Source of the DNA: Armatimonadota bacterium
Lineage (GTDB): Bacteria > Armatimonadota > Zipacnadia > Zipacnadales > UBA5352
Assembly (NCBI GenBank): GCA_034722055.1
Contig: JAYENL010000069.1
Span: forward strand, 1-45,318
Direction: 5' to 3'
DNA: 45,318 nucleotides
The notes beneath the pieces are model-generated. The model was not told the DNA's origin, ran no database searches, and was given only the letters and a program-made list of their open reading frames with translations. Shown here piece after piece: positions 7,818-17,528 of the stretch. The translations under genes and the position numbers were made by a program. Numbering within the stretch: position 1 is the stretch's first letter; each line of letters starts with the position of its first letter.

Positions 7818-9710
7818 CTATGACAGCCAGATGGGCGAGGCCCAGGCCATGTGCCCGTCCTCCTGCGTCACGCGCAGGTAGTACCAGCAGAACGGCTCCG
7901 TGCCGAACCGGGGCTCGACCAGCAGGCCCTCCAGCGGCTCCTCATCGGCGAGCACGCCGTCGAAGGTCATCGCGTCCGGGTCCGCCTGAGCGATGACCTC
8001 GTTGTTGCGCAGAAGCTGCACCGAGGCCAGCTTCCGCGTGCCGGCGGCGCGCACGGCGAACTCCCGTGGCCCGTCGCGCAGCGGCAGCTCACAGCCCATG
8101 GGCTGGTCATCGAGCGCGAAGTAGACCAGCATCTGCTCCCCGGAGGTGCCGTAGCAGCGCCGGGCCTTCAGCGCCTCGTAGACCGCCGCGCGCGACAGCT
8201 CCTCGGCCAGCACCCCGGTCAGCCCGCGGCCCTCGTTCATCCCGAACGGCCCGTTGCCCGGCTGCGCAAGCTGATTGTCGCTGCCCGCCATCACCCCCAG
8301 CCGATGGCCCTTGCGCAGCGCCTCCTGCACGCAGTAGGGCCCGCCGACCTCGCTGGTCCCCCAGCGGGAGTAGATCTCCACGCAGCGCTCGCACTCCGGC
8401 AGCGGCTCCTCCCAGTCCTCCGGCCAGATGTAGCACGGGTGATGCGGGATGGTGATGGCCTCCAGCCCCTCCAGGGCCGCCCACAGGGCCTGGGGCTCGG
8501 GCCACGCGCCGCCCTCCATGGGGTCGATCAGATCATACTCCGGCCCGCGATCCCACGCCACCACGAAGCGTCGGGCCTCCTCGGTGCTCGGGAAGTAGGC
8601 GATCCGGTGGCCGTGTACGAGGTAGGTCTCGACTCCGGGGATGGTGAGGCTCTCGGGCGGGGCGTTCATCTCGTCGGCCAGGTCCAGGTGCTCGTGCCAG
8701 GCCTGCTGGTCGAAGCGGAAGTTGGTGGAGTTGTGCTGCACCACAATCGAGTAGAAGTCCAGGTTCGACCACCATCGCCCGTACTCGAACGGCTCCCGCA
8801 TCTCCTCCTCCGCCAGCCCCAGCGGGTGCACATGCAGGTCGCCAAGGTAGACGTTGTGGCCGCCGAAGTCCTCCGGCCGGCCCATGGGGTTGCTGCGGGC
8901 GGCGATGGCGTTGTCGGCATCGTGAGCCTGGAAGTACTCGAACTGCCGCTCGCCGGCGCTGGCGGACACCCGCGAGACCCGCGCCTCGGTCGTGTGGCGC
9001 ACCGTCTCCGCCTCGCCCTCAGCGCCCTGGCGCGAGACGCGCACCTCCGCGTCATAGCCGCCGGCCGGATTCGCGCTGGCGCCATCCACGGCCACCAGCC
9101 GCAGCTCGCACTCCTCGCCCGCCGGGGCGGTGGAGGGGCAGCGCAGCCGCAGGGCCTCGACGGGGCGTCCGTGCGCGCGGATCTTCGCCGGCTCCGCCGC
9201 GTAGTGGAACGGCTCCGACGGCCCAGCGCTCACCAGCGTCGGCATGACGTGCGTCCCCACGATCTTGGGGATCTCCACGGGCATACGGCTCGGGTCTGCC
9301 AGGTAGAGCGTCAGCGTCTCCCCGCTGTGCAGCACACCCCGCTGGATCTGCAGCTTCACGACGTAGTGGAAGCCCATGTCCAGGACCTCCGCGGCGACCT
9401 GCAGGTCGCTGCCCTGGGGCGGATAGGGCTTCACGAGGCAGAAGGCCCCGCCGTGATGTCGGGACTCGTCGGCACCCAGCTCGATATGCAGCTCCCGGAA
9501 GGCGTTGCCCCGGTGCTTGCGCCAGTGCCGGGTGAGCTGTACCAGGATAGCCGCGCCGGCGGGAAGCTCGAAGCCGCGCGGGGTCAGCTCCAGCCGGAGG
9601 TGTACCGGCTCGCGCGCCATCCCCTCCTCGGGGATCGGCACGACCTGCAGATCAACGCGATCCCGCGTCAGGGCCTCCAGCGCCGTCCTGCGGAACTCGT
9701 CATGCTCCAT
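7818..9710 (-). CDS. PHP-fold metallohydrolase (DUF3604/CehA-McbA-like) with N-terminal beta-sandwich domains
   Basis: GDLHVH, IPGVE, IPHH, VEIYSRWG, GSDN, GLTGV.AEEL.R.AV.EAL.ARRCYGTSG and C-terminal YYLRVTQEDGHMAWASPIW. ATG 9710 after GGAGG. Confidence 0.78.
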   Translation of the reverse strand: MEHDEFRRTALEALTRDRVDLQVVPIPEEGMAREPVHLRLELTPRGFELPAGAAILVQLTRHWRKHRGNAFRELHIELGADESRHHGGAFCLVKPYPPQGSDLQVAAEVLDMGFHYVVKLQIQRGVLHSGETLTLYLADPSRMPVEIPKIVGTHVMPTLVSAGPSEPFHYAAEPAKIRAHGRPVEALRLRCPSTAPAGEECELRLVAVDGASANPAGGYDAEVRVSRQGAEGEAETVRHTTEARVSRVSASAGERQFEYFQAHDADNAIAARSNPMGRPEDFGGHNVYLGDLHVHPLGLAEEEMREPFEYGRWWSNLDFYSIVVQHNSTNFRFDQQAWHEHLDLADEMNAPPESLTIPGVETYLVHGHRIAYFPSTEEARRFVVAWDRGPEYDLIDPMEGGAWPEPQALWAALEGLEAITIPHHPCYIWPEDWEEPLPECERCVEIYSRWGTSEVGGPYCVQEALRKGHRLGVMAGSDNQLAQPGNGPFGMNEGRGLTGVLAEELSRAAVYEALKARRCYGTSGEQMLVYFALDDQPMGCELPLRDGPREFAVRAAGTRKLASVQLLRNNEVIAQADPDAMTFDGVLADEEPLEGLLVEPRFGTEPFCWYYLRVTQEDGHMAWASPIWLS

Positions 9711-9878
9711 GCATTCGCCTCCATGCCGGGGCTGTCGCGGCTTCGGCCTCCATTGCCGGACGGTGTTGTGAGCTCGGCCCGGTTCTACCTGATTCCGGCT
9801 CTTGCCGACGCGGGAGACATCTTCCACGGCTGGAGGCCATCAACGCGGACGGGTCCGCCGAACCGCGCCAGCCGGGCG

Positions 9879-12800
9879 CTACTGCCTCCAGCGCGCCATG
9901 GCGTCAGGCACGGAGTGTGTCACCGACCTGCCGTCGTTCGGGCGCCACAGCTCATGATCGCCTCCCGTCACCACGATGCCGACCCGGCTGTGCTCGCGCA
10001 GGTCCAGGCCCTCGAACCGGACCTCGATGGTGCTGGGCTCGAAGCCTTGCGGCGCCGGCAGGCCCGGGACGTGGACCCGCGCCTGCATCCGCGGGTCGTC
10101 GCGCTCCTCATCGGCGCCCACATCGCCCACTGCGCGTAAGGGACGCTCCGGCCACCCACCTACCGGCGATAGCTTAACTTCGAAGGGCCCTGCATCGCCG
10201 CCCCCGATGTTGTGTACCGTCGCCACCCCCAGGCCACTCTCAGGATCGACCCTGAGGTCTCCGGGACCGATGGCCAGGTCAGGCCGGTCGCCGGCGGGCC
10301 CCAGCGCCTCCGCCCGCCGAAGCTCCACGAGCATGACGCGCCGTGGCGGAAGCTCGACGCCGACCCACTGTCGCCGGCAGTCAACCGGCCATCGCAGCCG
10401 CTTGGGCTGGTCGTCGAACTCCCCGTTCTCGTCCGCGTCCTCACCGGTGAGGACCTCGTACTCACCGCGCTCCAGCCGCCACAGGGACATCAGCGCGCGC
10501 GTCGTGAACTCGCTCACATTGACCAGCCACATCTTGAGGTGCGTCGGGCTCTTCTCGAGCACCCACACCGCCAGGGAGCCGGGATAGCAGCCCCAGCTCA
10601 CCCAGTGCTGCGGGTAGATGCGGTTGCGCAGCATGGCGACGTCCCCCAGCCGCATGTGGTTGAGCAGCGGCTGCGGCAGCCACAGGCGATCCGGCGACTG
10701 CTCGGCGGTGGTGTACATCGGCATCTCCCACGTCAGGTCCGAGAGCATGGCCTTCAGGGCCTCGGTGACCGCCGCCGTGTCGCCGGTCATCAGCCACTGC
10801 AGATACTTCAGCTCCGGGCGGTCATCGGTGTAGCGGATCGGCGACTCCCACAGCTCCACCTCCGCGATGGCCTCGCGCAGATTCTCCCGGAAGTCCTCCC
10901 GGTCGGTGTGCCGCAGGATCTGCTGCGCCACATTCATGCTGCGGATGGGCCGCTCGTAGTGCCGCCGGTCGCACTCCCAGATCAGGGGCAGGCCGTCGGC
11001 GTACCTCTGCTCGCCCGTGAGGTGGAATGCCCCCGCCATCAGCGTCTCGAAGCCGTAGGAGGTCAGCCGCTCGGCGCGCTTCTCGCCGGTCTCGAAGCGC
11101 ACGGTGCAGGCTCGGCCCTTCCCGTCCTCGGGGTCCACCAGGTCCTCCAGCCACGCGTCCAGCCACTGTGTGAGGTAGCGCTTCGCGCTGGGGTTGCCGC
11201 TGTACCAGGCCAGCAGCGCCGCCGCCTGCATGTTCAGCGCATTGCTTGTGGTGTCCCAGCCGTAGCGGCCCTCGGTGACGATATCATGCAGGCCGTAGCG
11301 GTTCGAGCGGTAGTGCCTGTGGCCGCGCGGATTGACACCGGTCAGCTCGTCGAGGTGCTGGCACATCTGCATCATGCGCTCGATGTAGACCGGGTTCCCG
11401 TAATCCATCACGGCCATCATGGTGTTGACATTCGCGCCCCACTCGTAGGCGTGCAGCGGGTCGGTGACCTGGTTGTTGATCCCGTCGGTCATCGTCCGCT
11501 CCCAGCACATGTCGGCGACCCTCCGCGCCGATCCCACGAGCTTGCGGTCATGCTCGCCCATCAGGTACAGCGCCAGCCAGTCCTGCACCAGCACGGAGTC
11601 ATCGTTGGGGCCGTCGTTGGAGCCGAACTCACCGGTCTCCACCTGCCGGTTGTCGATCCACCAGTGCGCCACCTGGCGGCACTTCTCCAGCACCTTCACC
11701 TGATACCACGCCCACTCCGGCACGCCCTCCGGCGGCGGCTCAAGCTCCACGCGCGGCTTGGGCTCCCAGTAGTGCGTCCAGTGGTAGTAGGCGCGGACAT
11801 CGCGGTCGTCGGGCACCAGCTCGCGGAGCTGTTCCATGCAGGTGAAGAGCTGGTCCAGCAGCTTGATCTTCTCCCGCGGCCAGCCCCACGGCCGGGCCTC
11901 GCTCAGGCCCATGAAGTAGGCCTTGAGCATGCGCCTCTGGTCGGGGACATACTCCTCGGCGGCGGTCGCCACAGGGGCCTCGTCCAGCGCCATTAGGCAG
12001 TCCTCGAGCTGCACCGGCTGGGCGAACTGCAGCGTGAGGTGGATGCGCTGGCCCGGCTCCAGGATCAGGTCGCGAGGGTCCAGCACCAGCTCTACGGTTC
12101 CGCCGTCGGCGAGGGAGAGGTCCAGGATCATCTGCCTGCGCGTGTGGCTGAGCGGGTGAATCAGCTCCAGATGCGCCACGGTCTGGGACGAGGCGTTCAC
12201 GCTCAGGCCCAGCCGCACCCGCCGGACCCCGGTGCGCTCCTCCGCCGGGCCGGAGACGATGTGCAGCATCCTCATGGCCGGCAGTTGCACGCTTCTCTGG
12301 CCGGATCCGGGCGCCAGCGTGAGCTGGTCGCGGGGCGGATACTCGCTGCGGATTCGCGCGCCGACATCCCCCAGGTCCCCGAGGTCGGCAAGCGCCCAGC
12401 GCTGGGACGGCCGGATGGCCTCCGCGGGCATCTCTGGCGTTACGTTCAGCACCTGCAGGTCCGCCATCGCCCCGTCCTTGCGCCGCTCGGACGGGTCCTC
12501 GGAGACCTCGCGCAGCACGTGCGCTTCCTCGGCCCCCATCGGCTCGTCCAGGACCGCGCGCACCACCATCGGGTCGCCGTCCTCACGATGCAGTGGGACG
12601 GTCGCGTCCCCGTCTGCGACGAGCTGCAGCTTCCCGCGCATCGTGCCCGTCAGCGCGACGTAGTTGACCGGCTCGCCGGCCATCTCGATGTCGTAGCGAT
12701 GCCCCTCGGCCCGGTAGCGCCGCCCCGAGGGCCACTTGCTGGCCAGCTTGCCGTCCACGCCCGTCATCTGCGTGCGCAGCACGTCCCTGGCGGTGACAAT

Positions 12801-13646
12801 GCGGGGCTGCGTGACCACCAGGGCGCGCCCGTCGCGCGGCGCCACCGGCAGGCCCCGGGCGCTGTCGAGCGCCAGGCTCTGGATGCGATGCTGCGCGATC
12901 TCGTCCTCATCCAGCTCCGGGCCGTCGCGCACGTCCTCGCCACGCGCCAGTGCCGCGATCTGCTCATCGCTCAGCCAGCGGTCGTAGCTGCGCACCTCGT
13001 CGAAGCGCTGCTGGCGGAGCGCGCCGGACTTGGCGTGGTGGGCGACCGCGGACATCCCCAGCCCGATCTGGTTGAGGTGCACCGGCATGTAGAAGGGCGT
13101 CCCGGACTGGCGCATCAGCTCCCCGTTGACGTAGAGCCCGATGCCGCGCGTCGCGTCCCAGGCCATGGCGAGGTGATACCACTCGCCCTGCTGAGGCTCG
13201 AGGTCGCCGGAGGAGATCATGGCGCGCTTGAGGTCGAAGTGCCAGTCGATGAGGTAGGCGTAGAGCCTCCCGCCTGAGCAGTAGAGGCGGTACCAGCGGC
13301 CGTAGTAGAAGTGGTCGAGGGAGCCGACGGTGGCGACCGTGAACTCGGTCCGCCCCACCGGCTCCACGCACTGCCACCAGAAGCTGAGCGTCCCCCGCTC
13401 CCAGTAGGCGTTGCCGGGCGCGTCGTAGGTGAGGTTGCCGCCGGGCCTGACCTCCGCACAGGTGCCCGAGACGCCGCCCTCGACCGTGGTCGTGCCCTCC
13501 CGCGCCCAGACCGGCTCGGCCTGCCCGTGCGCCTCGTCAGCAGTCAGATCCTCGTCGAAGGAGGCACGGAAGAGGAGGGCGTCGCCCTGGGCGACGCAGG
13601 CGACGGATGATGTTACGAGCAGCAAGGCCACAGTTGATCTTCGCAT
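9879..13646 (-). CDS. Large secreted LamG/concanavalin-domain protein with a central helical domain and C-terminal CARDB-like domain
   Basis: Signal peptide MRRSTVALLLVTSSVACVA. LamG signature (LLFRASFD, GTLSFW, WYHLAMAWD, LYVNG, FDEVR.YDR.LS..QI). PDLAI...VHNIG near the C-terminus. Confidence 0.75.
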   Translation of the reverse strand: MRRSTVALLLVTSSVACVAQGDALLFRASFDEDLTADEAHGQAEPVWAREGTTTVEGGVSGTCAEVRPGGNLTYDAPGNAYWERGTLSFWWQCVEPVGRTEFTVATVGSLDHFYYGRWYRLYCSGGRLYAYLIDWHFDLKRAMISSGDLEPQQGEWYHLAMAWDATRGIGLYVNGELMRQSGTPFYMPVHLNQIGLGMSAVAHHAKSGALRQQRFDEVRSYDRWLSDEQIAALARGEDVRDGPELDEDEIAQHRIQSLALDSARGLPVAPRDGRALVVTQPRIVTARDVLRTQMTGVDGKLASKWPSGRRYRAEGHRYDIEMAGEPVNYVALTGTMRGKLQLVADGDATVPLHREDGDPMVVRAVLDEPMGAEEAHVLREVSEDPSERRKDGAMADLQVLNVTPEMPAEAIRPSQRWALADLGDLGDVGARIRSEYPPRDQLTLAPGSGQRSVQLPAMRMLHIVSGPAEERTGVRRVRLGLSVNASSQTVAHLELIHPLSHTRRQMILDLSLADGGTVELVLDPRDLILEPGQRIHLTLQFAQPVQLEDCLMALDEAPVATAAEEYVPDQRRMLKAYFMGLSEARPWGWPREKIKLLDQLFTCMEQLRELVPDDRDVRAYYHWTHYWEPKPRVELEPPPEGVPEWAWYQVKVLEKCRQVAHWWIDNRQVETGEFGSNDGPNDDSVLVQDWLALYLMGEHDRKLVGSARRVADMCWERTMTDGINNQVTDPLHAYEWGANVNTMMAVMDYGNPVYIERMMQMCQHLDELTGVNPRGHRHYRSNRYGLHDIVTEGRYGWDTTSNALNMQAAALLAWYSGNPSAKRYLTQWLDAWLEDLVDPEDGKGRACTVRFETGEKRAERLTSYGFETLMAGAFHLTGEQRYADGLPLIWECDRRHYERPIRSMNVAQQILRHTDREDFRENLREAIAEVELWESPIRYTDDRPELKYLQWLMTGDTAAVTEALKAMLSDLTWEMPMYTTAEQSPDRLWLPQPLLNHMRLGDVAMLRNRIYPQHWVSWGCYPGSLAVWVLEKSPTHLKMWLVNVSEFTTRALMSLWRLERGEYEVLTGEDADENGEFDDQPKRLRWPVDCRRQWVGVELPPRRVMLVELRRAEALGPAGDRPDLAIGPGDLRVDPESGLGVATVHNIGGGDAGPFEVKLSPVGGWPERPLRAVGDVGADEERDDPRMQARVHVPGLPAPQGFEPSTIEVRFEGLDLREHSRVGIVVTGGDHELWRPNDGRSVTHSVPDAMARWRQ

Positions 13647-13649
13647 GTT

Positions 13650-13847
13650 CGGTTCCCTCACGAGCCGTCTGCGTCGGAGCAGTTCGTGCGTCCACATGAC
13701 CGCGATCGGCGCCCCAGGCCCCAGCTTGCGCTCGCCGTCGCGCAGCGTCGCGTCCTCATCAAAGATCGGCGGCTCCCCGGCCATCACCACTGGCGCGATG
13801 GTGAGGAGTATCGTCACGGCAAGCCTCGCGACTCGGGACGAGGTCAT
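13650..13847 (-). pseudogene. Probable N-terminal stub of a deleted secreted protein, in frame with the downstream LamG gene
   Basis: GGAGG RBS, ATG 13847 and a signal peptide (MTSSRVARLAVTILLTIAPVVMA) followed by about 28 protein-like residues, then a second RBS, ATG and signal peptide at 13646. Confidence 0.4.
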
Positions 13848-14340
13848 CGGCTTCCTCCAGGGTCCACCATTCGGCCTGCGGTCTCGGCCTCCTCCCGCCA
13901 GGCTGGGTATCGCAGCAGATCGCGCGCCAGGATGACGATGAGCCGCACGGACAGGCGCGCCTCTGTTCGGGCATGCGCGGCGTGCCTGCCCTCGTCCTGG
14001 CGCCGTGTCGGCCCAGACCCCTCGCGGTCCAAGGCGCCACATTGACCTGCTTTCGGGGCCGGGTCACCTGCAGCCTGTAACACCGCGAGCGGTCCGGGCG
14101 AAGAGAGAAGCAGACATAGCAAGGAAGCCGGCGCGGCCACGGACAGAGTCTCGCAGGCGGTGAGAGCGATGAACAGCGCGTTCGTGCTGGCCGGTAGCGG
14201 CGGAGCAGGGCGCTGTTCGCCGGAGTGCCTGCGGTTGCAGCAGCCAACGTGCGCGGCACGTGGGCAGTTGTTCGGCCCGTGCATCGGCGACACCCGTATG
14301 ACATCGACGGTTCCAGAGTACCGGAAGGGAGAGTGTTGTC

Positions 14341-15381
14341 ATGAGAAAGGGCATCGCGTCCGTCGCGCTGGTCGTGGCTTTCCTGGTCGGGATCATATGC
14401 GTGGGGTCGGGGCAGGAGCGGGGGCGCGACGAAGGGGCCGTCCGCATCGAGCGTCCGCCTGCACGTGTAGGGCTGCCGGAGCCAGGGCACAACAAGATCG
14501 TCTACCACCGTCACGTGAGTGACGCGGAACGGACGCAGGTGTTCAGGAGCCGGCTCGGTGCCACGGGCGAGCTGCAGCTCACCCGTGGCGACTCCCCCGC
14601 GCAGTTCCCCCGGTGGTCACCCGGCGGCACGCGGATCGCCTACACGCTGGGCCTGAGCGAGCTCCGCATCCACATCATGAACCAGGACGGAACAGGCGAC
14701 CGTGAGGTGCTGACGGGCGACGTCCACGGCATGCAGCCGACCTGGGCCCCCAACGGCGCCCTGCTCGCCTTCGCAGGCCTGAGGGGCACCCAGTGGGACA
14801 TCTGGCGCATGGAGACTGATGGCAGGCACCTGACGAATCTCACGGACTCGGAGCTGGCGGATTACCACCCGGACTGGTCCCCCAACGGCGCCAGCATCGT
14901 CTACGACCACTACCGCGGGCCGGACAAGGACTACGAGATCTACAGGATGGACGCCGACGGCAGCAACCAGACCCGACTGACCTCCAACCTGATCTATGAC
15001 GGCATGCCACGGTGGTCACGCGACGGGAGGCGGATCGTCTTCTGTCGGAGGCTGGCACCGACGCCGCCCCGGACCGGACCCCTGCCGAAGGACAGGCCGG
15101 GGCTCGAGGTGTTCATCATGGACGCCGATGGCAGTGATCAGACGCGGCTCACCCGGCGCAACGGGGATGACTACTGCCCGTGCTGGTCCGAGGACGGCAG
15201 CGAGATCCTGTGGCTTCGCGGCGACCGCCGCGATATCGAGGAGCTGTGGGTCATGAATGCCGACGGGACCGACCAGCGTCGGGTCAGGGAAGACTGCGGC
15301 ACATCCCTGGACGGCTGGGGACGGCCACGTCCTCTACTGCAGATCCAGCCCGGCATCATCCTCCGACGGCCCGGGGGCTGA
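14341..15381 (+). CDS. Secreted TolB-like PD40-repeat beta-propeller protein
   Basis: Hydrophobic N-terminus; repeats PRWSPGG, PTWAPNG, PDWSPNG, PRWSRDG and PCWSEDG alternating with 'MDADGS-Q-RLT'. No tolQRA or pal nearby. Confidence 0.85.
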   Translation: MRKGIASVALVVAFLVGIICVGSGQERGRDEGAVRIERPPARVGLPEPGHNKIVYHRHVSDAERTQVFRSRLGATGELQLTRGDSPAQFPRWSPGGTRIAYTLGLSELRIHIMNQDGTGDREVLTGDVHGMQPTWAPNGALLAFAGLRGTQWDIWRMETDGRHLTNLTDSELADYHPDWSPNGASIVYDHYRGPDKDYEIYRMDADGSNQTRLTSNLIYDGMPRWSRDGRRIVFCRRLAPTPPRTGPLPKDRPGLEVFIMDADGSDQTRLTRRNGDDYCPCWSEDGSEILWLRGDRRDIEELWVMNADGTDQRRVREDCGTSLDGWGRPRPLLQIQPGIILRRPGG

Positions 15382-15450
15382 GCCGGCGCTGATGGCAAGC
15401 CACTCTGTGCCGACACGTTCGGCGGCGACCCTGACGTGAGACAGTGTGAC

Positions 15451-15466
15451 TGGCATGCGCTTTGCA
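15451..15466 (+). promoter_or_regulatory. Sigma-54 (-24/-12) promoter
   Basis: TGGCAT-GCGCT-TTGCA, with GG and GC 12 bp apart as in the consensus, about 40 bp upstream of ATG 15504. Confidence 0.6.
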
Positions 15467-15503
15467 TCGTAGCGGTCATCCGCATCAAATAGGAGAGATC
15501 GGC

Positions 15504-15806
15504 ATGAGACTGATCGTTCGCGTTGAGGCCATCAAGGGCCGCTGCCCCGTCTACAATGAGGGCGATCTGATCGTCCTGGATGACGGCTTCCGCCTCAACC
15601 TCCGCGAGACCACCGCCGGCTGCATGCACTCCTTCGCGTCGATCATTCCCTACCACATTGCGCTCGCCAAGGGCGTCAAGCCCGAGCAGATGGGCCTTGC
15701 CCACAGGGAGAGAGCCGATGGCAGGGCCTACGTCCAATGCCTTGACCCCTGCGAGGTGACCGGAGGCGGCACGGTCACGTTCAGCATCGAGAGACAGGAG
15801 AGCTGA
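15504..15806 (+). CDS. TIGR04076 family small Cys-containing protein
   Basis: V..IKGRCPVY..GD, GCMHSF and VQCLDP...GG.V.F.I pattern. RBS AGGAGAG. Confidence 0.8.
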   Translation: MRLIVRVEAIKGRCPVYNEGDLIVLDDGFRLNLRETTAGCMHSFASIIPYHIALAKGVKPEQMGLAHRERADGRAYVQCLDPCEVTGGGTVTFSIERQES

Positions 15807-15934
15807 CTCCCTGTGGGCCTCGGGGTCCGAAGAGCAGCCTGCTCGTTGAACGATTCCGGATAGCCACTCTCCCATCCGGTCGGAGGTCCGCACGCTGCGC
15901 CGGATCGGTGAACGCCCACCGCTGACATCGCCCG

Positions 15935-17428
15935 CTAACTGAACTGGAAGGCATAGAGCCTGCAATCCTGCATGAGGAGGCGCATCCGGATCGGCCTCCT
16001 GCTCAGCGCGCTCACGTCCGTGCTGCCTCCCCATGACACGGGCATGCGCACCGAGCTGCCGTTGACTGGCGTGGCATCCTGTCTGGTGTAGCCTGGGATC
16101 GGCGCGCCGGACTCGTCCAGCAGCTCGACGACCACTGATCCGCCACCGCTCGTGTTGACGTTCAGCTCCAGCCTCGAGCCCTCAAACCGGATCGGGGGCG
16201 TCACGATCTCTCCGCCGGCATATCCCGCGTCGGCCGAGACGAAGCCGTCCAGCCGAAGTACCGCTCGGCTGACCGCCCCGAGATACCTGCCATCGGGCGC
16301 GGCGGGATCGATGAAGCCGTCGTGATCCCGGTTCGTGCCCACGTAGTAGATCCACAGCTCATCGCCCACCCGGATCGGGTTTGGCATGGCCCAGACGAGC
16401 CTGGAGTCAAACTCTCCCTCGGCCCCCAGCGGGATGAAGGGGCGGCGGTGGCCGAGGCGCTCGAATCGCTTCCCGTCACGGCTGGCGCACAGCCTCACGT
16501 CCATGGTGGCCGGCGCCCAGCCCTCGCCTCCATTCCGGGGATGCCAATGCCAGAAGGCCTGCGCCAACATGAAGTAGACGTCAGGCGCCTCCTCATACTT
16601 GAAGACCGCGCCGCCGTAGTAGTCAACCGGGGGATAGCCCTGGGGCGTGTCGTGGGTCCTCAGATCCTGCTCGTCGGCCGCCAGGACGATCTCCTCATTC
16701 CTCCACTCCACCAGGTCCGTGGATTCGAGCCGGCGGAAGATGCGGTACGCGTGCTCCGTCTCCGGCGGCCGGACCCACCTGCGCGTGTAGAGAACGTAGC
16801 ACTGGTAGGCGTCATCCCAGAACGCGATGCTCTGCGTGTCGCAATGGCCGATGTCCGTGGTCCGTGTCAGCGTCCAGTGGACTCCGTCCGGTGAGCTGTG
16901 CAGCGCCAGCTCCCCGGAGGGGCGGGTCTTGCGCAGCGAGCGGTACCGCTCGTGCTCGGAAGCCCTGGGATCGATCCACACCACGCCGCCGCCGATGTTC
17001 TCGCGGATCACGATGTTGTTGGCCGTGGAGCCCCCAATCTCGACGATGCCCAGCGATGGCTTCACAAAGTGGATCCCATCCTCGGATTCCGCGTATCCGA
17101 TCTGCCGGAAGTCGCTGCCGAGATGATCGTAATCCTGGCCGAGGCTGTCGTACCAGACGCGGAACAGCCCGCCTTCCCTGAGGATGCTGGTGTTTGTGGC
17201 GCTCAATCCCCGAACCCCACCGCCATCCTCCCACGGCTCATCCGCGGTAATCAGCACCTCGCCGGTCTTGCGCGGCGGATTCATCGTCAGCCGGATTCCG
17301 CGGCTTGAATCCATGAGCATGTCGTCAATGAAGAGCTGCTTGCGGCTCCCCACGTCGATGATGTGGCTGCGATTCTCACTCGCGTCACCCTCACCGCAGC
17401 CGGGCGATCCCAGCGCGATCGGCAGCAT
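15935..17428 (-). CDS. Putative glycoside hydrolase, five-bladed beta-propeller type
   Basis: KQLFIDD, YAESEDGIHF.KP.LG, SPDGVHW, DTQ..AFWD, SRDG..F.R, LRLDGFVS and terminal LYAFQF. Start uncertain; ATG 17428 follows GGGAGG. Confidence 0.72.
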   Translation of the reverse strand: MLPIALGSPGCGEGDASENRSHIIDVGSRKQLFIDDMLMDSSRGIRLTMNPPRKTGEVLITADEPWEDGGGVRGLSATNTSILREGGLFRVWYDSLGQDYDHLGSDFRQIGYAESEDGIHFVKPSLGIVEIGGSTANNIVIRENIGGGVVWIDPRASEHERYRSLRKTRPSGELALHSSPDGVHWTLTRTTDIGHCDTQSIAFWDDAYQCYVLYTRRWVRPPETEHAYRIFRRLESTDLVEWRNEEIVLAADEQDLRTHDTPQGYPPVDYYGGAVFKYEEAPDVYFMLAQAFWHWHPRNGGEGWAPATMDVRLCASRDGKRFERLGHRRPFIPLGAEGEFDSRLVWAMPNPIRVGDELWIYYVGTNRDHDGFIDPAAPDGRYLGAVSRAVLRLDGFVSADAGYAGGEIVTPPIRFEGSRLELNVNTSGGGSVVVELLDESGAPIPGYTRQDATPVNGSSVRMPVSWGGSTDVSALSRRPIRMRLLMQDCRLYAFQFS

Positions 17429-17528
17429 GGTCGTGATGCCTCCCGTGGTCGGTCGGGTCGGTCGCAGGCGCGAGTTCCGCAGCGGTGACGGCACTGCGGC
17501 GCGGGCCTCTCTCGGAGATGGCGACGTC

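Noticed and set aside
14341..15381. Calling this gene tolB
   Set aside because: It lacks the TolB N-terminal domain and has no tol-pal neighbours; it is only a PD40-repeat propeller.
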